Source: a virus
Taxonomy: Duplodnaviria > Caudoviricetes
Virus record (IMG/VR): IMGVR_UViG_3300032163_000058
Span: 1-36,534 of that record
Length of the DNA: 36,534 bases
Strand: one strand, 5' to 3'
The notes beneath the pieces are model-generated. The model did no database searches. It saw nothing but the letters and a program-made list of their open reading frames with translations, and had not been told where the DNA came from. How positions within the stretch are numbered: position 1 is the stretch's first letter; every line of letters begins with the position of its first letter. This document shows, one piece after another, positions 26,014-33,945 of the stretch. The translations under genes were made by a program, and so were the position numbers.

Positions 26014-26368
26014 CGACGAAAGAGCGGACGAAGAGGATAGAAGAGTGGAAGCGGATGAACTCATGGAAGGAATGCCATACGCTTCGCGATCTACAGAACA
26101 AGAAAAATACTTGAAAGAATACGGCGAGGCTTTCAATGATGGCTATCAGGCCGGCCTGCGCGAGCGCGGGCAGCAAATCATCGTTGCCATCGCGGCTACC
26201 CTCAATTCCAACGTGACGCTGAACAGCGTCAGCGATGCCGCCGGCGTGCCCAATTCTCTGGCGCAGCAGGCGCGGCGGGATGCGATTGCATTGATTGAGG
26301 CGATTGCGCTGTTGAAAGGAGAACAATCATGCCAAATTCACTTCTCATCCCCATCATCGCCGATTTGA
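26000..26368 (+). CDS. Hypothetical protein with acidic N-terminus
   Basis: AGGAG SD; 122 aa. Confidence 0.65.
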   Translation: MTDYDDERADEEDRRVEADELMEGMPYASRSTEQEKYLKEYGEAFNDGYQAGLRERGQQIIVAIAATLNSNVTLNSVSDAAGVPNSLAQQARRDAIALIEAIALLKGEQSCQIHFSSPSSPI

Positions 26369-26532
26369 ATGAACTATACCGTGAGCGCAGCACAACCCAC
26401 GCGCTCGAACTGGCCGAATGCCGGGCGGCGCTGGCAGCGGCGGAAGTTCTGCTGGAAAGGAAAGACGAAAGAATCGAGCACCTAACCGACACGATTTTCA
26501 AGTTACTCGACCAAATCAACAACCCAACCTGA
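26329..26532 (+). CDS. Small coiled-coil protein
   Basis: AAGGAG SD; heptad pattern. Confidence 0.65.
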   Translation: MPNSLLIPIIADLNELYRERSTTHALELAECRAALAAAEVLLERKDERIEHLTDTIFKLLDQINNPT

Positions 26533-26553
26533 TTCACTCAAAGGACACCGGAC

Positions 26554-27084
26554 ATGAAACGTAGCGAAGCTTTCCCAACCAAATATCTGAGCAAGGACGA
26601 TGTTCACGCCCCAACGGTCGGGATCATCGAGCGCATCGTCAATGAAACTCTGGGCACGGGAGATGATCAAGAAATCAAGCCCATCTTGTATTTCTCGTCC
26701 GGCCTGCCCAAGCCGATGGTCATCAACACCACGAACTGGACGAACGTCGAGGCCATCTATGGAGATGAATCCGACAATTGGATCGGCAAGTCGATTGAGG
26801 TCTGGGTAGACCCATCGGTTGTCTACGGCGGTAAACGGATCGGCGGATTGCGATTGCGTGCACCCGCTGGACAGCCCCCGCCACCAGGGGCCACCATTGC
26901 TCATCCACCGCTGGCCTACAAGGATGCCCTGGCGATGTATTGCTCAAAGACCGGCTATGGCGAGCCTGAGTTCAAATCGGCGTTGAAAGGATACGCCGCC
27001 GGGCATGGCTATCAGGGCTATTCGGCCAGCCGGGACACGGAATTCGTGCACAGCCTGATTGACACTCAGGAAGTGCCGCTGTAA
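26554..27084 (+). CDS. Conserved phage protein, putative OB-fold ssDNA-binding protein
   Basis: FPTKYLSKDD..KPILYF..VINTTN..YGDESDNWIGKSI..GGLRL family signature; function is inferred. Confidence 0.55.
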   Translation: MKRSEAFPTKYLSKDDVHAPTVGIIERIVNETLGTGDDQEIKPILYFSSGLPKPMVINTTNWTNVEAIYGDESDNWIGKSIEVWVDPSVVYGGKRIGGLRLRAPAGQPPPPGATIAHPPLAYKDALAMYCSKTGYGEPEFKSALKGYAAGHGYQGYSASRDTEFVHSLIDTQEVPL

Positions 27085-27157
27085 AAATAGAATCTATCGC
27101 GCTCGTGTCGCTACTGGTAGGCTATATACAGAGGCCTTGACGGCGCGACGGATGCGA

Positions 27158-27242
27158 AATTGTGCGGCGTCCAATGTGGGCCGGCCTGAGTACAGGAGAC
27201 AGTGAGGATGCGGCCATTCGGAACTTCACCGTCCGCACAATT
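27158..27242 (+). ncRNA. Structured multi-stem RNA element
   Basis: Perfect closing stem AATTGTGCGG/CCGCACAATT with internal CCTG-AGTA-CAGG and GTGAG/CTTCAC arms. Confidence 0.45.
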
Positions 27243-27247
27243 CAAAT

Positions 27248-27317
27248 GGCTGTGACACATACGCTGGTGCTTTGCGGATGATAGCCCGCATTGGGAGTCC
27301 GATTCTCCCGACAGCCA
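27248..27317 (+). ncRNA. tRNA-like element (degenerate, GAT in anticodon-like loop)
   Basis: Acceptor GGCTGT/ACAGCC+A, T arm GGGAG-TCCGATT-CTCCC, TGCGG-ATGATAGC-CCGCA arm; weak D arm. Confidence 0.55.
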
Positions 27318-27334
27318 CACAAGGAGATTATCAT

Positions 27335-27442
27335 ATGCTCAAACAATTATTCTCGAAACTCCCGCCGGGCATCTGCTTCCGTTGCGTTCTGGCCTGGAGC
27401 GGATGGGCTAACCACTGTCGGCATTGCGCTTGTTGCAAGTAG
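27335..27442 (+). CDS. 35-aa Cys-rich peptide (absent from ORF track)
   Basis: AAGGAG SD; MLKQLFSKLPPGICFRCVLAWSGWANHCRHCACCK. Confidence 0.5.
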   Translation: MLKQLFSKLPPGICFRCVLAWSGWANHCRHCACCK

Positions 27443-27456
27443 AAAGGAAACGGAAA

Positions 27457-27621
27457 ATGAATTACCTCATCATTCTCTATAACGGTTCGCGCGAGATTGG
27501 CCGCTACAGATTTGCTGACCAACGCGAACAATACAACGGCTGCCTGGCCGTGCTCAAAGCGCATCCCGCCGCGACAGAGTGGGAATTCACGGATGAAAAC
27601 AAGAAAGGAGGGATAGCATGA
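27457..27621 (+). CDS. Hypothetical protein
   Basis: AAAGGA SD; ATGA-coupled to next gene. Confidence 0.6.
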   Translation: MNYLIILYNGSREIGRYRFADQREQYNGCLAVLKAHPAATEWEFTDENKKGGIA

Positions 27622-28241
27622 AACAATTCATTCAGAAATTAGAAACGATGAATGCTTGCTCGGATGCAGTCAATTGGATCATCTCCCTGCCCAGAAACAT
27701 CACGCCCCAACAGGCATGGGAACTTTGCGAGCGCGGAGACTGGATGCTGTGGTTGATTGGAAAAACTGACCGCAGCCAGTCATTCTCTGGGGCGCGCAAG
27801 CCGATTGTTCGCGTGGCACTAGAATGTGCGCGGCTGGCGTGGAAATGGATGCCGGAGGAGTCGCGTCAATGCGTTGAATTGTACGAGCGATGGGTGAATG
27901 GCGAGAATGTGGGCGTGGATGAATTGCGACAAGCGCAAGCCGCCGCCCACTACGCCGCCGCCGACGCCGCCTACGCCGCCGCCGACGCCGCCGACGCCGC
28001 CCACTACGCCGCCGCCGCCGCCCACTACGCCGCCGCCGACGCCGCCTACGCCGCCCACTACGCCGCCGCCGACGCCGCCGACGCCGCCCACTACGCCGCC
28101 GCCGACGCCGCCGCCGCCGCCGCCGACGCCGCCGCCGCCCACTACGCCGCCGACACCAGAATCAAAACTCTGAAAAAGTGCGCCGATATTGTGCGTAAGT
28201 ATTACCCGTTTATCCCGGAGATCCAAAATGTCATGGAATAG
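27618..28241 (+). CDS. Helical protein with Ala-rich (AAHY/AAAD/AAY) repeat tract
   Basis: ACSDAVNW..AWELCERGDWMLWL N-terminus and CADIVRKY C-terminus of a widespread phage family; AGGAGG SD. Confidence 0.75.
   Translation: MKQFIQKLETMNACSDAVNWIISLPRNITPQQAWELCERGDWMLWLIGKTDRSQSFSGARKPIVRVALECARLAWKWMPEESRQCVELYERWVNGENVGVDELRQAQAAAHYAAADAAYAAADAADAAHYAAAAAHYAAADAAYAAHYAAADAADAAHYAAADAAAAAADAAAAHYAADTRIKTLKKCADIVRKYYPFIPEIQNVME
27939..28152 (+). repeat. GCC-based low-complexity coding tandem repeat
   Basis: Built only from GCC, GAC, CAC and TAC codons. Confidence 0.9.
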
Positions 28242-28494
28242 CCTCCCTCAACTGGACGAAGCCTCGGCCTCCCCGAAACTTTGCCAGCCGCATCGGATCC
28301 GCATCGCCACAACGCTGGCCGAGGTCACCGGCGGTTCGCTTATCGTCGTGCTGTATCAGGCGGGCATGCCCATCGGCTACCTGTGGCCGTTCACCGGGAT
28401 GTTCGGCGTGTACGCCATGCTGCGCATCATCGGTTTTATCGCGCTCTGCCTGCGGGCAGATGAATGGGAGGCTATGCCTCCAGAAAGGAATTGA
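28228..28494 (+). CDS. Small membrane protein
   Basis: GGAG SD before ATG 28228; two hydrophobic segments. Confidence 0.55.
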   Translation: MSWNSLPQLDEASASPKLCQPHRIRIATTLAEVTGGSLIVVLYQAGMPIGYLWPFTGMFGVYAMLRIIGFIALCLRADEWEAMPPERN

Positions 28495-28495
28495 A

Positions 28496-28702
28496 ATGGT
28501 CAACATTGTTCTTCGCAATGGAAAAGTTTTGCAATACAACGAGGGAAACTCGATTGCAGTGGAAAACGGAACTATAGCCATCACCAAAGACAGAAAATAT
28601 CTGGTTGCCAGAATCCCGCTTGATATAGTTGAACGCGCCGAGTTCGAAAAGCCCTGCCGGATTTTGAAAGCTAAACCTGCGCCAAAAAAGGCAAATTATT
28701 AG
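28496..28702 (+). CDS. Hypothetical protein
   Basis: AAAGGA SD; MVNIVLRNGK.. Confidence 0.6.
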   Translation: MVNIVLRNGKVLQYNEGNSIAVENGTIAITKDRKYLVARIPLDIVERAEFEKPCRILKAKPAPKKANY

Positions 28703-28936
28703 ATGACCGACGATCCTCAGTTCGCGCTCTGGCTTCAGGCTGGCCCGGAACTCTGGCCCGAACTCATCAGCGCACGGCACGATAAACTGGCCGCTGATTT
28801 CAACGCCTACGTAGTTTCAGAAGCGACAATGGCGCGCTGCGCGTTCATTCAGTGGCACGTCAACAATACCTACGTGCGGGACGGGTTCGGATTGTTGAGA
28901 GCGAGGGATAATCACCATGAAAGGAAATTACAATGA
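28703..28936 (+). CDS. Hypothetical protein
   Basis: Abuts both neighbours. Confidence 0.55.
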   Translation: MTDDPQFALWLQAGPELWPELISARHDKLAADFNAYVVSEATMARCAFIQWHVNNTYVRDGFGLLRARDNHHERKLQ

Positions 28937-29790
28937 ACATTGAAATCAAGAATCGACTCTTCGGAGATGTAATAGCATCCATTGAATCCGAAACATTGAA
29001 AGAAGCGATTGTAAAATTGTTGAAACAGCGCGCGAACTTGCGGAGCGCGGACTTGCGGGACGCGGACTTGCAGCGCGCGAACTTGCAGGACGCGGACTTG
29101 CGGAGCGCGGACTTGCGGAGCGCGGACTTGCAGCGCGCGGACTTGCAGCGCGCGAACTTGCAGCGCGCGAACTTGCAGCGCGCGAACTTGCAGGACGCGG
29201 ACTTGCGGAGCGCGGACTTGCGGAGCGCGGACTTGCAGCGCGCGGACTTGCAGGACGCGGACTTGCAGGACGCGAACTTGCGGGACGCGGACTTGCGGAG
29301 CGCGGACTTGCAGCGCGCGGACTTGCAGCGCGCGGACTTGCAGCGCGCGGACTTGTGGGGCGCGGACTTGCGGAGCGCGGACTTGCGGAGCGCGGACTTG
29401 CAGAGCGCGGACTTGTGGGGCGCGAACTTGCGGGGCGCGAACTTGCGGGACGCGAAAAATTCTGAATTAGCATTTGCAATGACCAGTATTACTCCGGCGG
29501 GAATCCTCATCGTCTGGAAAAAATGTCGCGGCGATGTGATCGTGAAATTGCGGATCCCAGAGGAGGCGCGGCGCTCAAATGCTTCGGGCCGTAAATGCCG
29601 GTTTGAGTTTGCGGATGTGCTTGAAGTCATCGGCGGAGAAATTGGCCTCAGTCTGAAAGACGGCAAAACGGAATACCGGGCGGGCGTGCGCGTCACGTGC
29701 AATTCGTGGGACGAAAACCGCTGGAATGAGTGCAGCGGCGGGATTCATGCGTTCCTGACCCGCGAAGAGGCTGAGGCGTTTGCGCTGTAA
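28933..29790 (+). CDS. Pentapeptide-repeat protein with DUF5758-like C-terminal domain
   Basis: 28 A(D/N)Lxx units; VWKKC..IVKLRIPEEARRS..KCR..WDENRWNECSGGIHAFLTREEA. Confidence 0.9.
   Translation: MNIEIKNRLFGDVIASIESETLKEAIVKLLKQRANLRSADLRDADLQRANLQDADLRSADLRSADLQRADLQRANLQRANLQRANLQDADLRSADLRSADLQRADLQDADLQDANLRDADLRSADLQRADLQRADLQRADLWGADLRSADLRSADLQSADLWGANLRGANLRDAKNSELAFAMTSITPAGILIVWKKCRGDVIVKLRIPEEARRSNASGRKCRFEFADVLEVIGGEIGLSLKDGKTEYRAGVRVTCNSWDENRWNECSGGIHAFLTREEAEAFAL
29032..29451 (+). repeat. 15-bp coding tandem repeat (28 units)
   Basis: GCG(G/A)ACTTG-N6 period. Confidence 0.9.
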
Positions 29791-29792
29791 TA

Positions 29793-29921
29793 TCCCGCCC
29801 ACCTGTTCCTACCGCGACGGGACTGAGGTCCCTGGCTCTGTTCGGCAGACTGCGATACCGATTGTGCCGTACTAGTAAAGGCTTCGGAGGTTCGCTAAGG
29901 CGGCGGAATGGATGGGCGGGA
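29793..29921 (+). ncRNA. Candidate structured intergenic RNA
   Basis: TCCCGCCCA/TGGGCGGGA outer stem, TTCC..CCGC/GCGG..GGAA second stem, internal hairpins. Confidence 0.45.
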
Positions 29922-29928
29922 AATCATC

Positions 29929-30150
29929 ATGAACACTGACCGGAGACAACTCATAAAGGCATTGCGGAAAGTTGGAGCAAAGCCATATCAAGTCAAAATG
30001 GCGGCCACTCTGTTGGCAGTCAATGGGCTGAAAAATGCGCTTGATTTTGTGTACGGTTTGCAGGCGCGCGGATTGACCGGGAAGGCGGTTGACAATGAGC
30101 GCGACGTACGGCATATGAGGAAAATATACAATGACAACTTTTTGGAATGA
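29929..30150 (+). CDS. Hypothetical protein
   Basis: MNTDRRQL.., operon packing. Confidence 0.55.
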   Translation: MNTDRRQLIKALRKVGAKPYQVKMAATLLAVNGLKNALDFVYGLQARGLTGKAVDNERDVRHMRKIYNDNFLE

Positions 30151-30496
30151 TAATCCGGGAACTTGGGACGAAGCATTAAAACAATCGCTTTCCGAAGTCA
30201 AACGATTAGAGATTGAATTAGCATCGGCTTATGGAATCGTGGCAGCATTAAAACAATTAAAAGTAGAATCATTATTGAGAAAAAAGGGAATTTATCACTA
30301 TGAAAAATGTAAAGCTTATTTGCCCGAAAATAAATCTTCTGTGTTTGTGTACTATGGTCTCCGAATTTCAGCAAGAGATGGAAGCTGTTCATTGAAATTC
30401 AAACAGATTTTGGCATCCGGGAAAATAAGCTCATCAAAATATTTTACCTTCGTTATAGCAAGTGATTTTGAACAGATTAGATGGATTGATAGATGA
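30131..30496 (+). CDS. Hypothetical protein (markedly AT-rich)
   Basis: GAGG SD; 121 aa. Confidence 0.6.
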   Translation: MTTFWNDNPGTWDEALKQSLSEVKRLEIELASAYGIVAALKQLKVESLLRKKGIYHYEKCKAYLPENKSSVFVYYGLRISARDGSCSLKFKQILASGKISSSKYFTFVIASDFEQIRWIDR

Positions 30497-30506
30497 GCGC
30501 GAGCAT

Positions 30507-30534
30507 TTGACGCAGGCTGGAATAGGAGTATAAT
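30507..30534 (+). promoter_or_regulatory. Sigma70-like promoter for replication operon
   Basis: TTGACG-16-TATAAT. Confidence 0.65.
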
Positions 30535-30557
30535 GAGTCATGAAGAAATGATTTCTT

Positions 30558-30680
30558 CCGGCTTGGAAGGCCGAACTAGAGCGGAGAGGCAAAGGCGCTT
30601 TTTCTGTGCGCCGTTGCTGTAGGGCACTTCTCTCCTGCCCAACTTCCAACGGTAACGGCACACAGATAAGGCGCTTTTTT
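30558..30680 (+). ncRNA. C4/CI-like antisense-attenuator leader RNA
   Basis: Long imperfect stem 30592-30620/30649-30678 ending in T6; CTCTCC and CTTCCAA inside it complement upstream GGAGAG and TTGGAAG. Confidence 0.55.
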
Positions 30681-31562
30681 ATGGACAATGAACCCATCAC
30701 CCAAGAAGAAATCGAGGAAGCCAATCAACTCCTGAAAGGATTAGACCCGGATAGCGTTCCCATTCAAAGCAAAATAAAAGGCTTTACCCCGCTACCCGAT
30801 TCAATAGCCGAGACTCACGGCCTAATACGGGCAGCCGTGTTTGGGAAGGTATGGCGATATTGCCAAATGCGAGACGGTGTATGCCGGGCATCGCTCGAAA
30901 CAATTGCCGGTGGACTTGGAATAGACCGGAGCACCGTTTCCAGACACGTTGAAGTCCTGTGTAAAGATCATTACTTAAAAGACCTGACCCCACTTCTGAA
31001 AAACAAACCTCACGTATACGCCGATACTGGAAAGATGAAATTCACCATTGGTCTAACTGTTGCAGAGTGCAACGTGGGGGGCGAAACTGTTGCAGAGCGC
31101 AACGTGACTGTTGCAGAGCGCAACGTGACTGTTGCAGAGAGTCGCATGAGTAAAGAGTCTAAGAGAGATTCTAAGAAAGAAGAACTTTACCCGCTGGCGC
31201 GGGCACTCTCGGAAGTTTGCCATATTGACTTGAAAGCAAATCGGGGACGCCTATTCAGAGAAGCGAAGCAACTCAGCACGGCAACCCCACTCCCAACCCC
31301 GGAACTCATCCTCGCTCAATACAACGGCAGCCCTTCTGCGTTCTGGAAATCAACGGACTGGCGAGGGAAGAAGGGCCAACTTCCGACCCCTGCCGCAATC
31401 CGTGAGACGTGGGGGCAGTGGCAGGTCAGTTCCGCCCCGGCCTACGCTTCAACCACCGAAGAAATTCAGGCTGAATTTGCCCGCATGAATCCGGGCAAAG
31501 AAAATCCGTCTGTCACTTGGGCGCGTATCGTCGCAAAAAAGGCAGCCGAGGCAGCGAAATGA
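30681..31562 (+). CDS. Replication initiator (N-terminal winged HTH, lambda O-like layout)
   Basis: GFTPLPD..CRASLETIAGGLGIDRSTVSRHVEVL HTH; internal iterons; followed by DnaC-like gene. Confidence 0.8.
   Translation: MDNEPITQEEIEEANQLLKGLDPDSVPIQSKIKGFTPLPDSIAETHGLIRAAVFGKVWRYCQMRDGVCRASLETIAGGLGIDRSTVSRHVEVLCKDHYLKDLTPLLKNKPHVYADTGKMKFTIGLTVAECNVGGETVAERNVTVAERNVTVAESRMSKESKRDSKKEELYPLARALSEVCHIDLKANRGRLFREAKQLSTATPLPTPELILAQYNGSPSAFWKSTDWRGKKGQLPTPAAIRETWGQWQVSSAPAYASTTEEIQAEFARMNPGKENPSVTWARIVAKKAAEAAK
31056..31140 (+). repeat. Iterons / probable replication origin
   Basis: ACTGTTGCAGAG(C/T)GCAACGTG three times plus a partial fourth; each holds the inverted repeat GTTGC-N5-GCAAC; A-rich tract follows. 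Confidence 0.8.
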
Positions 31563-32431
31563 CTCGCACACTTTCCGGCGTCACCGTTCCCGATGAGATG
31601 TACCTCGAAGGAAAAGCACATCAAGCCGGCGGCGGAACGGCGCTGCTCAACCTGTTTGCCGACTATCCCGACTGCACCAATTGCGGCGGCGCGAAACAAA
31701 TTGGGCTGACTCTGCTGTATGGCGAAGGCAGTCGCTTCCCATTTCCGGTCAAAGTCGTCGGCCTTTTTCACGAAGGCCTTTGGTATCGTTCCACATTGAA
31801 ATCATGGCCGTGCCCGATCTGCCAGAGCAGTAGTCATCAGAACATCGCCGATTCATGCCTCGCCGCCAGCGGCCTGGAGACGGGCGAATATCATTGGCGG
31901 GTGAATTTTGTAGCAGGAATGGCGGATAAGGAAGATGCAATCAACGCCGTCAATTCGATGCTGGCCGAGACTGCCCGGCCTTGTGGCTGGCTATTGGTCT
32001 ATGGCGATAATGGCATGGGCAAGAGCGGCCTGCTGAAATCGGCGGTGGCCGCGATGTGTCATATCGGAGTTGGGGCGTATTATACGACGGCAGTTAATAT
32101 CCTCAATGATGCTTACGACCTCATTGCCCGCAACCGGCGCGGCGACGATGAAGCCGAGACGATGAAGCAACTCATCAGTCGTTATGCCCGGTATCAACTG
32201 CTGGCGGTGGACGAACTCGGAACGGACAGAGTTGCCGATACTCAGTTTGCCCAATCGGCATTATTCGGAATTCTGGATGCGCGCTATGCGGCGCGTGAAC
32301 GGTTGGCGACTCTTCTGGCCTCCAATCAGACGCCGCAGACAATGGCCGCCGATAGCCGTTGGCGTTATTTTGAAAGCCGAACGCAGGATGGACTGAGAAT
32401 ACCCATTGGCGGAAAAAGTCTAAGAGGCTGA
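31559..32431 (+). CDS. DnaC/IstB-like AAA+ helicase loader with Zn-binding N-terminus
   Basis: CTNC..CPIC, Walker A GDNGMGKS, Walker B LLAVDELG, ILDARY, LLASN, ESR. Confidence 0.85.
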   Translation: MTRTLSGVTVPDEMYLEGKAHQAGGGTALLNLFADYPDCTNCGGAKQIGLTLLYGEGSRFPFPVKVVGLFHEGLWYRSTLKSWPCPICQSSSHQNIADSCLAASGLETGEYHWRVNFVAGMADKEDAINAVNSMLAETARPCGWLLVYGDNGMGKSGLLKSAVAAMCHIGVGAYYTTAVNILNDAYDLIARNRRGDDEAETMKQLISRYARYQLLAVDELGTDRVADTQFAQSALFGILDARYAARERLATLLASNQTPQTMAADSRWRYFESRTQDGLRIPIGGKSLRG

Positions 32432-32489
32432 TTGAAACGCCCGAAGCCGAAGTGCGCTGGGTGAAGTAATCCGCCTGACGAGGCCTAAT

Positions 32490-32696
32490 ATGGACAAACA
32501 TAAAACGCAGAAACCGCAGCAGAAATACGTGATCGTTAATTTAGTGATGGGCGCTCGCAGCCAATGCAGTTGGCGTCACTGCCGACGACGCTATGCAATG
32601 CGGCTGCAATGGAGGAACGGCCAGACTCGGCAGTATTGCACAAACCATTTTTGGCGCTGGAAAAGCCGCTGGGGCTATCTATCGACAATCGACTGA
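32490..32696 (+). CDS. Small basic Cys/His protein
   Basis: GAGG SD; CSWRHC..YCTNH. Confidence 0.55.
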   Translation: MDKHKTQKPQQKYVIVNLVMGARSQCSWRHCRRRYAMRLQWRNGQTRQYCTNHFWRWKSRWGYLSTID

Positions 32697-32710
32697 AAGG
32701 AGCATAAACA

Positions 32711-33001
32711 ATGGATTTATTTAAGACAAACTGTTCATGCAGCCACGATTGTTTTCATCATAATGATTTCGGTTGCATGGTAAAAAATTGTTCATGCGAG
32801 GCTAATATGTTAGATTCCATCTACCTCGCTGGCGCGGCGCAGATGCGGGAACGGGCGGAGACAGTAGCAAACAGACTTGGTAATTTTGATACTGGCCGGC
32901 GCATCCGTGTCCTGCCACTGCGAGATGAGGCGCTTGCCGGGGTGATTACAGAAGCGGAAGATGATTTGTATCAAGCCATGAATGATTTGAGGCCCGAATG
33001 A
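32711..33001 (+). CDS. Cys-rich hypothetical protein
   Basis: AAGGAG SD; CSCSHDCFHH..C..CSC. Confidence 0.65.
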   Translation: MDLFKTNCSCSHDCFHHNDFGCMVKNCSCEANMLDSIYLAGAAQMRERAETVANRLGNFDTGRRIRVLPLRDEALAGVITEAEDDLYQAMNDLRPE

Positions 33002-33942
33002 CCCGCCACGCCCGCTTCATCCTGCTGGCCGTTCTACTCGTGATCATCGTCAGCCTGTCGTCCGGCATCCTCATCGCCCGCGCAGAGTGCAACGGCTACC
33101 TCGTCCAGCGCGGCGATACGCTATACAGAGTCGCCCTCGCCAACGGAACGACCTGGCAAGAGTTGGCGCGGCTGAACGGGTTGGCCGACGCGGGGCGGAT
33201 TTATGCCGGGCAGTGCCTCGTACTGGAAACAGGCCCGGGCCCATCAGTTATTAACACGTCATCGGCGTTCAAGGGGCTGGCGATGGCTGACCCATCACAC
33301 TCCGAAGATTTGACCACACTCAATGTTTTATTCTGGTATACGTGGGGAGAAAACTGCAATGGACAATCGAACTGCATCAACATGGTGCGAGCTATGCGGA
33401 CACCAGCATTCTGCTACGATATTTTACTTGTGGGTAATGAGCCGAATGCAATTGAACCCTATGGTATGCCCATTAACCCCAATGACGCCGCCGCGAAAGT
33501 CATTACAATACAATTGCAATGTCCACAAACGAAACTCATCGTCGGCAATGTCAGCGCCGACGATTGGTCAGGAGCGGGCGGGTGGGGAAGCGGGTTGAAT
33601 TGGTTGAAGAAGTTTCTGAGCGAGTATCGGCGGCAGATTCATCGGCGCTATGCGGGCGGAATAGGGATCCACTGTTACCAGACTCAATCTGGCTGGTGCA
33701 TTGCGCGACTGAAGGAAATGCGCGCACTTTACTCCGGCGAGATGTGGGTGACCGAATACAACGACCTGAGCGGCAACCTGGCTGCCTTCACTGGCCTGAC
33801 TGATTATGCCTTTGCCAATTTCAACCGGGTGGCGCTGTACACCAACCGTCAGCCCGACGCGCCCTGGGCGCTGGCGGGAGCAAGCGTAGTACGAGATGAC
33901 GGGACGCTGGACGAGCGAGGCGCGCTGTATGCGCAGAGGTGA
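32998..33942 (+). CDS. Exported LysM + clan GH-A (GH128-like) glycoside hydrolase
   Basis: Signal/TM, LysM YLVQRGDTL..LARLNGL..IYAGQCL, then WYTWG, GNEPN, IHCY, WVTEY. Confidence 0.8.
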   Translation: MTRHARFILLAVLLVIIVSLSSGILIARAECNGYLVQRGDTLYRVALANGTTWQELARLNGLADAGRIYAGQCLVLETGPGPSVINTSSAFKGLAMADPSHSEDLTTLNVLFWYTWGENCNGQSNCINMVRAMRTPAFCYDILLVGNEPNAIEPYGMPINPNDAAAKVITIQLQCPQTKLIVGNVSADDWSGAGGWGSGLNWLKKFLSEYRRQIHRRYAGGIGIHCYQTQSGWCIARLKEMRALYSGEMWVTEYNDLSGNLAAFTGLTDYAFANFNRVALYTNRQPDAPWALAGASVVRDDGTLDERGALYAQR

Positions 33943-33945
33943 GAG

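Noticed and set aside
27248-27317. Functional canonical tRNA-Ile(GAT)
   Set aside because: 8-nt loop, TCC instead of TTC, G7-G66 mismatch and weak D arm; kept only as tRNA-like.
27819-29702. Gly/Val-, Pro/Thr- and Ser/Arg-rich ORFs in other frames
   Set aside because: Shadow frames of the GCC and 15-bp tandem repeats.
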